Below, in pieces: positions 1 through 19,046 of a DNA stretch of 64,000 bases (position 1 is its first letter; every line of letters begins with the position of its first letter). The translations under genes were made by a program, and so were the position numbers. Under the pieces are notes generated by a model, which was given only the letters and a program-made list of their open reading frames with translations, was not told where the DNA came from and searched no databases. The stretch is from NCBI GenBank assembly GCA_039096225.1, contig JBBPEB010000015.1, positions 248,001 to 312,000 on the forward strand. Direction: 5' to 3'. This stretch comes from Blastocystis sp. Blastoise (lineage: Eukaryota; Protista; Bigyra: Opalinata).

Positions 1-1320
1 ATAAAAGTAAAAATAGAAGAATATATATATATAAAGGATATAGTAGTGAGTCGTTCAAAAAGTTGCTTCACTTCTAAAGGACGTTTCATGATGTAGCCGT
101 TTACTTTTTGTACGGTGTCTCCAATATGGATTTGTTCGCTTCTTGCAGCTGGTGATTGAGGTGTAATGGCGGTAATGATGACAGACTCTTTGTCACTCTT
201 TAGATTCATTCCTAAGGACATTCTAGAAAGATACAAAGATATATATATATATATATATATATAAGATTATATATATATATGCTAAAGAATAGAGATATGT
301 AGTTAATAACAGAATAAACTATAATAATAAATTCTAAAAATGGAATTTAAAAAAACGAATAGACATAAAAAAAGATTTATAAATTTTAGAGCGATAAATA
401 TAATAATAAATATAATCATAATCATATAAACATAATAATAATCATATAATCATAATCATAATCATATAAACATATAATCATAGCAAACATATAAACAATA
501 AACATATAATCATAATCATAATCATATAAACATAATAAGCATATAATCATAATCATATAAACATAATAATCTATATACCCCTTCTTATAAACAAAAGTGA
601 CTTCGAATAGAAACAGAGGAGGTACATTCAATTTATCATAAAGACGGTCAAGATCCGCTACGTCCTTCTCAAGGGTCTGTTTATTCTGTAGAAGTTCTTT
701 ACGATTGGCATCTATAGAAATAACGATAAAATATTTATGAACACAAATTATTTTTTTAAATAAAATCAATAGAATAAAATATAAAATTATATACATAGTT
801 TCTTAAGATTATCATTCTCTTTAATATCTACATAATATCCATTTTTTGTTGAAAACTATAAATGTAAAAACAAAATAAAAAGTAGAAATGAATGAATATT
901 ATAATATTTTATAGAAATACAAATAAAATAGGTTTTAAAAGATCATCCTTATATCCTTCCTGATTCACTTCTAATATATATTTTGCATTAATACCAGAGA
1001 AGAGTTGTTTTTTCAACTGGTCTGGTTGTAATTGGAAAAAACGATTTTCATAATCATCATAACGTTTGTTTCGATGTCCAGATAATGTTGGAACAACTCC
1101 TAAGTCTCCATTCTTTTCCTATATAATAGAAAAACATAATAAAAGCGGTCAATAATGAAGATGAACATACAAATTTTTTTGTTAATTCATTAAAAGTAAC
1201 ATCATCATGAATCTTATCTCTAAGATACTTTAAAACCAGATAATTTAAATCTAAATGTTTATATATAAAATTTTAAAAATGAATTCATATACCAGAATCA
1301 AAAGAAGAATTGATCTCCAT
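1..1320 (-). CDS. 5' part of a spliced gene: BRWD/PHIP-like N-terminal (LisH-like) region, coiled coil, then a PDZ domain; runs off the window
   Basis: ATG at 1320. GT-AG splicing gives MEINSSFDSDLNYLVLKYL...KRYDDYENRFFQLQPDQLKKQL (resembles the BRWD/PHIP N-terminus) and FEVTFVYKKGMSLGMNLKSDKESVIITAITPQSPAARSEQIHIGDTVQKVNG (PDZ signature). Confidence 0.55.
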
Positions 1321-1678
1321 TTTGATATTATATCACTTATCCTAAAGTAGATTAGCAAAAGATTTGTTCTTAAAGGAAAAGAGTGATTGCAAACAAATTC
1401 CTAAAAGGAGCAAAACAAATGAAACCGCGATTTTCCTCTGATGATAACAATAGCTAAAGCTAGCTATTTAATTGGAATATATTATTTAATTAAATAATTG
1501 TATTTTTAAGGAATTAGATTAGAATTCGATAGGTTGTATACATTGTAATCTACATTTGCGTTTTTAAAAACATAAAACAAAAATGTAATTTATCGATTAT
1601 TAATAAGTTAACAATACTAGAAAGTCATTTATAAAAGAAAACAACAAGATAAAGGGTACATTAGCATAAAAATCAATT

Positions 1679-2787
1679 TTATTTAGATTTTTCTTTGAGT
1701 TAAAGTAGCTCTATTAAGTTTCATCTCTTGTAGAGACTGTTCTGAATGTGGTAATGCAGTTGGAGGTATTCCATTCAATAAATTAAAATTAATGTTTGGA
1801 GTATAACTATAAATATATAATATACTTGCATATATAATTATTTAATATTATGTTCAATACATGAAACATATATATGTACATAAATTGTTTAAATTTTTAA
1901 AATGATCAAAAAAAAGAGAGAATGGATTTCATTAAAAATCAGTGATAAATATATATACGTTGCAACAACATAATAAAGATCGTTCAATGTGTGAGAAGAA
2001 TTCAAAGATATATTATGTGTTGTTCCATTATGAAGTCGAACACGAATTATATATTTTTCTTTAGAATCATCAACGATAACACTACGATTTGAATTATCAA
2101 TTGGTTTTACTTGCTCAGATTCAATAGGAGCAGAACTACTATATAGAAATTGAAATAAGAAAAATATTTATCTTGACAAGACAAATAACAATTTTCTTAT
2201 GAATCATAATAAATGTATTTAATATATATATAGCATACAGATTATGACCGTCTCCATGCCAATTTGTAACGACAACAAAATCTTCAGACATATGATCATC
2301 AAGATCAATGGCGAATTGATCATCTTCTGCATACTGTTCTAGTTCTTTAGGAATATATCTATACATATAAAAATATATATAAATTGATGTTTTATAAATC
2401 ACATATCTTTATAATAAAATATATATAATACACTAAAAAAAGAAAAAATACCTTTTTTGAACACTGTCATAAAATGCTTTATTTTCTTCATTGTCTAAAG
2501 CTCTGAATGGTCCATCATTGACTCTGAATCCATTTCGATACATAGTGATTTTAAATTGACTATACATAAATAAAACAACATATCATGAAAAATAGCATAC
2601 GTATCTGTTTCTCCACGAATGGCGATTCCACTTCCACTATACAATAGTAGTATTTTTATATTTTTCTCATATAATATAAATCAAAATACTGTCCATGGGA
2701 ATCAATGCCACCAGCATATAAATCGTCTTTCTTATCATTTTTCTTATTGTTATTATTCTTTAAATCACTCAAAGTAGCGATACGCAT
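1679..2787 (-). CDS. p47/Shp1/UBXN2-family p97 cofactor (SEP + UBX), 6 exons
   Basis: LYAGG...GSGIAI; ITMYRNGFRVNDGPFR...YIPKEL (SEP); IRVRLHNG...LNSSHTLNDLY...LLNGIPP...SLQEMKL (UBX). All introns GT-AG; TAA at 1679-1681. Confidence 0.88.
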
Positions 2788-3093
2788 TTTCCTTTTGTTT
2801 TTTCTTGTAAATAATGTAAAATTACTTAATATTCAGTTCTAATAATAGTTTCTTCTCTTAAACAATGCTAATACTAGAAACACTTTTTCTATTAGAACTA
2901 AAAAAAAGAAAAACTCGAAAAAAAACTGGGAAAACAGAAGAAATTCAAGAACTCTCAGAATTAATCACAAAAAAATTTGAAAAAGAGCAACAATATATTA
3001 TTTTTTTAAATTTTGTATAGTTGTTCTTTTCATAATTAGGTCGTTCATTTATATCAAATTCAATACTGAAATCAACCTTACTTGAATAATACG

Positions 3094-7204
<4,111 letters not shown>

Positions 7205-8421
7205 TTGCTTTTGTATTCCATTCTTTATTCAACCTTATTTTCCTCATAGATATATAGATTTCTTTTCCTCTTTTTTTTTTATTTATTTCTTTTTCTTATT
7301 AATACTCTTTTTCTCCTTTATTCTTCTTGTTTCCCTTATCCTGTTTATTCATCTTTACTATTTACTGGCACTTCCCTTATACTCAGTTTTCTATTATTTC
7401 CCAAGAGAAATCTCACTTCATTTCCATTATTATCCATTTTTTTCCCTTCTATTTCTTTTTTTCCTTCTATTTCAGTATTTTCCATTATTTTTCCCTCCTT
7501 TTTCTTTTTTTTTCCATTATTTTTTCTTGTTTTTCGTTATTTATGATATTATTTGTTATAGCAAATATGATGTTAATCTATATTTTTATTTCTATTTCTA
7601 GAATATATACACTGTGGATCCATTGTATTCCTTTATATTGACATATATATATGGATAGTATTTTATTACGTAGATTATCTTTTATTTTTTTTTTTATTTA
7701 TTATTAATTGTTGTTATTTGTCATTCCATAGTTTCTATCTTCTCAAATAGATATATACATATCTATTTAGATATATATCTGGTGATATTATTATATAATT
7801 ATATATTATTATGTTGTTATTGATTCTTATTGATTTACACTTTTGATACTCATTGTTCATGGAACGACAGAGATATATTTTTTTAAATATTCATTTATTT
7901 CTTGTTTCTCATTCTTTTATTTCCTCTTTCTCTTTTCTTTTTATTGTATGTTTCTACTTTGGGATTTCTTTGTTAGCTGATTACCAATATAATTAACTCT
8001 GAAATGCCCATGTTTATAGTAGCTCTTTTTGTCAGTGCACATAATTATTATCCACAGTATCTATATATCGCCTTTTTACATTTGTTTTATCGAAAAACTT
8101 CTTTGTTATAATAGAACGTTGTCCTCAATTATTGTCAGTTGTTTGTTTTCTTATATAAGCATTATGTCTCAGTTATTTTCTGTCTTCTTGTGATCATCAA
8201 TTGTTTAGAGCTTATATATATTGTATTTTTCATCCTATTAGAATATGGTTTATTTTTAATAGTTGTTTAAGACAAAGAAAAACAAATGATTTGACAATAG
8301 CAAAATCAGCCAATCAGAACATCTGCTTTTAGAGGTTCTCAACTTTTTTGGTTTTCTCAATTTTTATGGTGAGATTGGAAAAGAACTCTTTTTAACAATT
8401 TGTTTTCATTCATTTTTGTCC

Positions 8422-10259
8422 ATGAATACTCTTCGTGATGCAAAACTTTTATATTTCCAAGAGGCCCCACTCGCAAGTGTTATTGATAAAATAAAAGAAA
8501 CTCCAGATTGGTATTCATTTGAAAACCAAGAATGGATTGTTAATAATGTATTTTGTTATCAAATATATATTTCACGTGAACTATCAATTATAGATTATAT
8601 GTGATGATTTAGTCAAACTATATCCTTGTGAAGAATCATACAAAAAACGATTTATTGTACTTTTTAATAAAGCTATTGAGGAGAATGATCAAGTAAACTG
8701 ACTATCATTGTTTTTACTCATTCATATTGCCATTCTTAGGTTGCAAACGATTCACTACTTATAGAATACTCAAAATACTTGAAATATGCGTATTTTTATT
8801 ATTATTATATTAATTTAATAGATATATATATATTTAATTTTTTTTCGTTTATAATTCCAGCAGATAATAACAATATTGATATAGATGGGATTGTGATGAG
8901 CGTTTTTATTATACACATTTTCTTGTTCCAAAAATATCAGAAGAAAGTATTCATGTTTTTCTCTCTTTATCATAGTTTTCTGCTCATTTAGCTAAATAGA
9001 TATACATATATAATGACAATATTTATTTCTTATAGATATCAATAAACCAGATAAATTTGTGACCTGCCGCGTTGCAAGAACTTTAAATGAAGTAGGTTTA
9101 CGTATTTGGGAAGCCGGATTTAGTGTAGCTGAATGGGCAATACGCAATAGAAGTATATTCTTATATACATAATATTCTTTCAAATAATAGTATTATAGTT
9201 CATTATTTGTTGTGTTGTTATATTTTCATTGATTTATATATATATATTTTTTTTTTATCATAATAATGATATTATATTTATTTATTACACTATATACAAT
9301 TATATTTATAGGTTATTTTGAGAATAAAAGTATATTAGAGTTAGGATCAGGTATTGGATTTACTAGTTTAATGTTATGGAATATGATCCCTATTAAGAAG
9401 ATTATTGCTACTGAGTATCCTGAAGTCGTGCTGAATACGCTAAAATGGAATGTTGAAATTAGTATACTATATAGAATTTATATTAATTACAGAATATAAT
9501 TTTAACTTTCTTTATTAGTGAATACAGTTTTTTAGAGAAGGATAATTTCTCTTTATATATAATCATCATATTATATTATATTATATTATATTTTATTATA
9601 TTATATTATATTATATTATATTATATTATAGTATATTATATTATTATATAGATGAGCATCATCTTGATAAATCACTCACGTCCTGTGTCCCTGAAGTTCG
9701 TAAAATCAACTTTTATGATTATGATATCGATGAAATCAATCAATTAAACTTTGAGCTCATACTAGTAGCTGATGTTGTATATATATATTATTCTATTCTA
9801 TTTATTGTCTGTTATTTTTATTATTATTTATATTATTATTTATATTTATTATTGTTTTTATTTATTATTGTTTTTATTTATTATTATTTGTTTAACTAAT
9901 TACTTAAATAATATAATTATTATATTTATTCCTTTCTATATTAAGGTATACGAGGAATCCATTATTGACGGTTTATGTAATATATTATATGATTTGCTAA
10001 GAACAGATCCCGAACATAGTACATATATAATCATTTCTCTCTTTTATATTTATTCATAATATTTATATATAAAGAAAAGAAGGCGTTAGTAGTGTGTACA
10101 TTGCGTAATGAAAAAACGTTTGAGTATTTCCTTATAGAAGCACAGAAGAAAAAGTTATATTATAAAGAACTTGACAATACACATCACGATCTCTGGTATT
10201 ACCCCAACAGAAGTGCTCTCCGATTTGTTGAAATTACATATCAAGAAAACTACTCCTAG
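8422..10259 (+). CDS. EEF2KMT: Protein-lysine N-methyltransferase, EEF2KMT/FAM86A/Efm3-like
   Basis: FAM86-like N-terminus (LVKLYPCEESYKKRFIVLF), VGLRIWEAG, ILELGSGIG, ILVADVVY, TLRNEKTF. All introns GT-AG. Confidence 0.85.
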
Positions 10260-10664
10260 CGTGGTAGTAATAAGAATAAAAAACATATATTCTATATATC
10301 TTTATATATTAAAGTTATTTTATCAATATTAAAAATGTGAATAAACATTATTTTGTTTTATGTGTAATAAAAAAGGAGAGAATTTTAAAAACAAAACGAA
10401 TCAAAAGAATATGAAACGCTATTAAAAAACGTAAAAATAATAGTGCGATGAACAAGCGGCAAACAAGAGACAAAGAATAAGTAGTAACAAAAAATACACA
10501 TAAAAATAATAGAATAGGAATACATGCAATGAAAACTCACCCAATGGAAGCATGTGAAATAATATGCAAGCATATCATGTTAATGATAAAGACTAAAATA
10601 AAGACATAATAATATGTAAGAACATGGTAGCAAAATAAAGAGAGAGATGTTATTTATTTATATA

Positions 10665-11950
10665 TTAATAATCGCGAATTAGTTTAGCAGCATCTTTATC
10701 TAATACCCAAATAAATTCACCTTGTGGTTTTACCTATAGATATAATAATAATAATCACGTTAATATGAAAAGTCTAATGTAAAATATAAAAGAAATATAA
10801 AGTGTGAAGTAATTATAAAAATAATTTTATAAAAAATAAAATAAAGAATGAAAGAAAGAAAAAAGTAATATTATAAATAAAAATAAAAAGCAAAATGGAA
10901 AAAATAATAATAATAAATAGATTTTAGATCTAGTATATATCAAAGAATATTTCATATATAACATATATATATATATTTACAAGTCCAGCAGGTATTTCGG
11001 GTGTACGGTCACTAGACGTGAAAATAGAATGAATCACATGAGCCTTGTTTTCTCCTGTAAGAACAAAGAAAACCTATATATGTAAATACATAATAACTAT
11101 GAATAATAGAGTATATAGAATAAATAATAAGTATATAGAATAGAACACAATATATAAATATAAATAATATGAATAATATACATTTTCAGCATTATTCAGA
11201 ACAGGATAAGTAAATGTAATACGAGAAGCTGGGGGTTTAGGAGAATCATCAATAGAAGTGACCCATTTCTTATCCTCTGATAAAAGAGAAGATGAAGGGA
11301 ACTATATATAGAATAATATAATATAATCTAGAATAATATTATAGAATATAATAATATAATAATAATATAATAATAATATATAATAATATAATATAATATA
11401 ATATAATATAATATAATATAATAATATAATAATATAATAATATAATAATATAATAATATAATAATATAATAATATAATAAAACAATATAATATATATATA
11501 TACAAGTGAGCAAGTATGTCCATCAGGTCCCATACCTAAGAAAATAAGATCGAAAACAGGAACAAAATCTCCCCAAATAGAGTGTAGTTTCTGTTCATAT
11601 TTTTCAGCAGCTTCTTGAGAATTCGCGTAGTCATAATCTAAAGCAAATATATTCTTTCTGGGAATATCAACTTTACTGAAAAATTCTTCATCCCAAGCTT
11701 TAAAATTACTTTCAGGATCATCAAGAGGTACACAACGCTCATCAACAAAAAAGAAATAGACACATTTCCATTTTATATTCAATTTAGACATAGGTTCTCC
11801 AAGAATTTTAGGTTGACTGGATCCAGACACAGCAATATAGCAGGAACCGTTGTTATCAATAGCCGTTCTGAGAACAAATTCAGTAAGTCTCATAATATAT
11901 TCTTGAAGTTCTGGTTTATCCTGACATATTTTATAATTTGATCGTTTCAT
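10665..11950 (-). CDS. PGLS: 6-phosphogluconolactonase
   Basis: [63 protein letters not shown]; 4 exons. Confidence 0.95.
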
Positions 11951-14065
11951 TATTTATTATTTTGTTCTAAATAATCTTTTATTACTAAAAAGTGTTTCTA
12001 ATATTTTATGAAATTCTTAAAGATTTTATAAAAAAAACAAAAGATCAGTAGAACCCAAGTGACGCATCTGTGATCATTTCTTGTTGAAAAAGTGATTGTA
12101 GGCAAATGGATATAGATAATCGTGATTAACCGTCATCCCAACTAGGAATAATATAGGAGGCTCTTTTTACAATAGATCCACCCTAATAAGATGATAGCTA
12201 TCGTCTCATTCACTTCTTTTCTCACATCGAGTTCACGAAGAAAATAATATATAAATAAAGAAAAAATACTATAAAAGATCAGGTTCCCCACGATAAAATA
12301 CAATTCCTAAAAAAGGAGTAAATGGAGAAACAATCGAATCAATACTTCATTCAAATGAGTGTCATGAAATGACGCATCAATGACAATACTTCTGTTTCCC
12401 TCCTTATTTCTACATTTCTTCTCTTTCTTCGTTTTCAGTTTTCAAGGCTATTTGCAGTCAATTCTGCTTTTTGAGTAAATTATATACTACATTAGGTGCA
12501 ACATCAGTTTATTTTGTATTTATTCTAAATAACGATTATTCATTTTATAATAAAGAAAAACAGAAATTCATTTTTTTTTGTAATATAATTCTAGATACTA
12601 TATTTATATGTTTTTTTTTTACAACACGGAAAACAAATATCGACAATCATTTGAGGATTTTTATTTCAAAGAACAAATTAACAAAATTACGTCATTGGTT
12701 TCGTGAGTATTTGTTTTAAGTTATATTCAACCATAGATTAACCTATATATATGTAAATAATTATTTTCAATTATTATTCAAAAAAAAAAAATGATTAGTT
12801 TTTCAATTATTATAAGTTAGAGTTTATGCAAATAATATCCATAATTGTGAATGTGATTATATCAGAAATATTGATTTCTAAAAACCAAAAAGCAAAACTA
12901 AGGAATACGATAAGAATGATAATTGGTTATTCTTTTAACAAATTCTAATATCATTCATTATTTCATGTGATTTAAATAAATAAATGACAAATAATTAACA
13001 CTAAATGGGATGTGATTCTGAAATAATGTTTTAGTTTTCCATTCTAAGATCATTTTATTTTTTATTCAATGTCTAATTCATCACTTAAATTATTTTCAAG
13101 TAACATATCTTTCAGAAAAATAAATGGCTACAAATTAACTAAGAATTATTTCAAAAAAAGATGCTCAATAGAACCCAAACATAATGTTATCTATAACCAG
13201 TAATTTTAATATTAAAAAAATAGTAATAGCAATTGTACTATATAAAAAGACCAATTGAAAAATTTTTTTAACGTTTTTGTCGATTAATTTTTATAAAAAC
13301 TCATTTTTAGTGTTTTAATTTATTATCTTAGAATGGTCTTCTTTTTAGTGTAATCATGGATCATTTTTAATGACACTTTTCATAGTTTGTATATGTCATA
13401 ATAATACATCACAATAAGCACTGATTTTAAAAAGAAAATCAAGTAGTTTTTATATATTAAAATTGTTTATTAATTGAAGGTATAAAATAGAGAATTATTG
13501 AAGAATTCAATGAAAATTAAGAAAAGTTTCAGCATCAAGAGTTTTTGAAATATGAGTTTATATAATAATTTTTAATGAATTTGTATATATCTATAATGCT
13601 GTTAAATAAAAGTCATTACAAAAAGAAAAATAGTGTTCAAATAAATCCAAAAGAAAAAGAAAAACATAAAAAGTGAAAAAAGTATCCCATTGGAAAATAA
13701 GATGATATAGGAGAAATTTACCGAATATTTATGGAAAAAGAGTAATAAAAGCAAGTGAGTCTTTTGGTTGCAAGTATTGTTTTTAGTTTCGAAAGAATCA
13801 ATTTTTCTCTTGAAAAAAAACCATTTCTTCTAGAAAATGACCGAAAAAGGAGCTTTTTATTTTTGGAATTGGAATCATCTAAAAGAGTTAACTATTTATA
13901 TCAGATATAGGTAGAGGTTCTTGAATGCTTTATTGAGATTTGGGATTCTTTGTGAAACTCTGAATTATTAAATTAAGAATAACTTGTATTCCAATACAAA
14001 ATTAAAACCGAAAGAAGTTAATCTACAATCAACTCAACTCAAATCAGTGATATTTTATAAATTAA

Positions 14066-15789
14066 ATGGCAAGCCCTATTGAAACTCGTGGACCAACTCC
14101 ACCTACATGTGATAGAGAAGGATTCTTATATTTACACCAAGAAGATAGACGATCCTTAAAGAAGTTCTATTGCGTATTTATAAAACTTATGATATATTTT
14201 TATTTGATTCAACTTGAAATTTATTATCTTATTTATTTTGAAATTATCTTTTGTCTTTTTTTTACATTTTTATTTGAATCACTTTCTTTTTTTAAATTTT
14301 TTTTATCTATCATTATTTAAATAGATTGCATATGGCAACGAACTTGTATATAAAAGCAATTTAAAAGATGAAACTCCTGAAGAAACATTGAATGTTCTTG
14401 TATATCACTTATCTTTTTATTTTTTTACTGATATGTTTATTTACAGGGAGCTACTGTTAAAATATTAGGAATTCGTTTAAAGAAGAAGTATGGTATTGAA
14501 ATTTTATTAGTAAGTAGATTCTAATTTAATAGATATAATTAATGAATATTACAAGTGATGATTTTATAAATATTATATATTTTTTTGTTTTGCCATAATA
14601 TATTTTACATTTCTTTAGTTTATATTATATTATATATATAATATATATAGATAGATATGCCAGGCATTCCTCAAAAGACTGAAAAGAAAAAATATGATTT
14701 TTATGCAGATACTGAAGAAGAAGCTCAAGAATGGTTTAGTATTATCACCAGATGTACTCTTCCTTCTGGATTCCCAGGTATATATATATATAGATACTGA
14801 AGTTATATATTAGGAGATTTATATAATTATATATATATTCTCTTTTATTGTATTATTACATTCTATGTTATATATTATTTTATATTATTATATGCTATTC
14901 TATATTATTTTATATTATTATATGCTATTCTATATTATTATATATTATATATATATTATTATATAGCTGCTCCATATTTTTCAAATACTGAAGAAGAACA
15001 ACAAATACTTACAGTTCTTCCTAAATTAAAAGATACTGCTATTCCTATGCGTCGTGCTCTTCTTTGGAAGAAGCTTCGTATTTGTGCGCTTCGATTTGAT
15101 ATGAATGAGCCCCAATACCGTAATCAGAGAGAAATGAAGCGACTGACTCTGGCGGAATTAGTCGATGCCAGTGATAATGTCCGTGGCTTATTTAATGACC
15201 AACGTTCCTTCCAAGATGTCATCGATATGATTTCTGTCAATTTATTCAGAGCTCTTCCTACTCGTGACCCCAATATTCCACTTACTGAGGATGATGATGA
15301 AGAAAACTTTTCGGATCCCGAATGGTATCATTTGGCACTTATTTATGAATTACTTTTACATCTTGTTATATCTGGTCAAATAGATATCTCTTATAAGAAG
15401 CATTCTATAGATAATGTCTTTGTAGAGAAACTTGTGTCATTATTTGATTCTGAAGATTCAAGGGAGAGAGAATATCTTAAGACTGTGACGCACCGTATCT
15501 ATGGTAAACTGACCAATAGACGTGCTTCCCTTCGTAAATATATCAATAATGTATTCTATACATTCTTATATGAGAATCAGAAGCATCAAGGAATAGCCGA
15601 ATTACTTGAAATCTTAGCTTCCATTATCAATGGCTTCACCGTTCCCATCCGACCTGAACACAAATTCTCTTTAGAAAAGGCGTTAATTCCTCTTCATAAG
15701 ATGAAACAACTTGAAACGTATCACGTGCAACTGATTTATTGTATGACTTTATATACTGCGAAAGAAACCCAACTTAGTACACCTGTATA

Positions 15790-15886
<97 letters not shown>

Positions 15887-16523
15887 TATTAATATTATTA
15901 TTATTATATATTATTACTTGAATTCTATATATACCTTTTATAATGATTTCTTTAGATAATAAAAGGATTACTAAGATATTGGCCTTATGGTAATAGTAAC
16001 AAAGAAATGCTCTTCTTAAATGAACTAGAAGAACTCTGCGAATTAATTCGACCTGAAAATATCGTCGATTATGAAGTACAATTATTTACTAGAATTAAAA
16101 AGTGTATCAAATCAGAACATTTCCAAGTAATTATTTATATATTTATTATTATTAATCATTATGTTTATTATTCATTTTATATTTATTTTATAAATATACT
16201 CCTCTACATATACCTATACTTATACCTATACCTATACTAATACCATTTCTCTATAGGTTGCTGAACGTGCTTTATTCTTATGGAGTAATCCTGCCTTTGC
16301 TTTTATTGCTGTCGATAACCGCGAGAATCGTCAAGTTATCTTCCCTATTCTATTCGAAGCTCTTGTTAATAATGCGAACAACCATTGGCACGAAGCCGTT
16401 AAATCCATGTCCAGTCACGTGCTCATGCAATATTCACACACAGATCCTGCGCTATATGAAACAGTGTCTAGCAAATATTATCAATCACAACCTGCTCCTT
16501 CTGCTTATATAAACCAAATATAA
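14066..16523 (+). CDS. PP2A B'/B56 regulatory subunit with an N-terminal PH domain
   Basis: Exons 1-4 give REGFLYL...KKFYCIAYGNELVY...YDFYADTEEEAQEWFSII (PH). They splice in frame to B56: LFDSEDSREREYLKTVTHRIYGK, GIAELLEILASIINGF, HFQVAERALFLWSN. Confidence 0.9.
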
Positions 16524-17594
16524 TAGCTATTTATTATTAGAAAACAAATAATCTGTATACTTCTTTATCTATATATATGTATTACTCATATCTATATCTT
16601 TCAACTCAATATTATACTCTATTCAACAAAATTATCGTCAATAGGATATTAAGTATTATATACTATTTATATACATTGTTTTATTATGTTTCTCTCTATA
16701 TTTATGTTTGTTAGTGTTCATTTCTTGTTTACTACGACTCTATACCATTATCATTATTCTTTTTTCTATGTTCTCTTCTACATATATATATCATGTATCC
16801 TTATATTTCTATACAAATAGAAAGGAAAAACACTATATTCTATTTTTTATTAGCATTATCTTCTTTATTTTTTAACTTTTTTTTTGTTTTTTACATATAT
16901 TTTATCCTTATCACTCTATATTTATTTGTACTCTTTTTTTAAGTTTTAATATAGGGTTATTTCATTAATCCTTACATTTTTTGTGAATTCTCCACTTTCC
17001 GAATATATGTATTATACTTAGTCTCACATAGTGCTGTTCATTTACTGCAATTTGATCTATTTTTATAGTCAGTGTTTGGTTTTATAATATATATCCTATC
17101 ATAGTAATTATTTCAGCATTATTCAAGATTTTATTTTCTTCATTTTTTTATGTATTGTATTATTTATTTTATTTTTATTGATTACTTATGTATCTAGCTT
17201 GATTGCCGTAATTTTGTTGATTTAATCTTTTGTTTTATAAAAATAACAAACAATTTCATGAATAGATTAGTGTTTTGTTAAGACAAAACTGCTTTTAAAT
17301 TTTTTTTTATCAAAAAATTATATGAATCAAGAAGTTTAAGTTTGTTTCTTGAAATTTCAATCTTGATGGTCATGATATAAATTATTTTTGATATTTGAAT
17401 TTCGAAATCAAAATGTGGATTTGAAGAATGCAATTATATTTGAGTAATAATATAGGAAAAACATCAAACGAAGTACATGATTATTTAATATTTAAATAAA
17501 TCATTGATGATGGATCATATTCATTTCTTCGTGTTTATCATTTCTTGTTTCTCTTGGTCTTTTCATAGAAAAATATGTTTAATCAAATATAAAT

Positions 17595-19015
17595 ATGAGT
17601 TACAACATCGATCAGTACATATCGAAGCTTAAAGAACAACAAAGTAATACAAATCAATTATCTCCTGAAGTAGAACAACTCCGTATATATATATATATAT
17701 ATATATAATTTTTATTGTTTATTTTATATATATACATATATATAACGAGTTATATTATGTCTGCTTGTGTTTAGTCAGAGATTACTTTAAAAAATATGAT
17801 ACATTATTAGCTGAGTTGAATACTTTCAAGAAAATGGATAAAAACACTATAAACAATGATTTTAGAAGTGATTCAAAGTATATAACAAAAGTTATGATTT
17901 GATATTGATATATAAATATAAAGATATAAAGAGCAAATCAAGAATTTAGAGAATCAGAATATGTTGTTACAGAGAAACATTGATAATTATCAAATAAAAT
18001 ATGAAATGGAGAAAACGTTATCAACACAACAACTTAATGAGTATATAGATTATTGTAAAGTTGAAAGAAATTAATTTATATATGTATATGATATTATTGA
18101 TAGATTGAGAAGATTGAAATGTAAATTGAATACTTGTGTTGAAGAAAAGAAGAAAATATTTTCAATTCTTCAAAATACTGAACTTGAAAAAGAAGCTATT
18201 CAACAATATAATATAGAGTTACAGGTATATATATATATTTATATTAATGTTTGTTATATATATGTATATTATTCTCTACTATTGACTATATATATATTAT
18301 ATATCATTTTATATATAAGTAGAAGAGGATAGATCACCAGTCAGAAGTACTTGGTGATTATAAGAATAAAATAGATGAAATGGAGAAAGAAACAGTGAAG
18401 ATGACACATAAAAATGGAATTATTATGAATCAAATGAATGAACAGTATAAATCGTGTCAAGAACGACTTGTAAGGAGATATATTATTATATTAATTTGTT
18501 ATATGCTATTCTTTTTTTATTATATGTATTATAATTATTTTTATGCTTATTATTATAAATTCATTAAAATACTTATAAATTTGTTTCAATAATGAATACA
18601 GTTGCCATTTTAATTTTTATTATTATTATTATTAATATTAATAGTTATATATATACATATATCTATATAGGAGAGGATGATCTATGTATATAATCTATTA
18701 TGTACTCACGATAACCCATTTGATTCACTATATCGAAATAAGAATCAACAGATGACGCACGTAGCGTCATATAAATCCATTAGGAATACTATCTCAGTAG
18801 ACTCTCTAGATACAATTAATTGTGCTCCACAACAGAATGATCAAATAATATCGAGAAATAAATCATATTCTATTGAGGGACCCATCAGAAATATTTCTTC
18901 TTCATCCAATAATCTCATATGTATTTAATGATAATATCTTCTATTAATACCATTCTTTCTCTTCTTTATTCTATTCTATATATATACTATATACTATTCT
19001 CTATAGAATAGTGTG

Positions 19016-19046
<31 letters not shown>

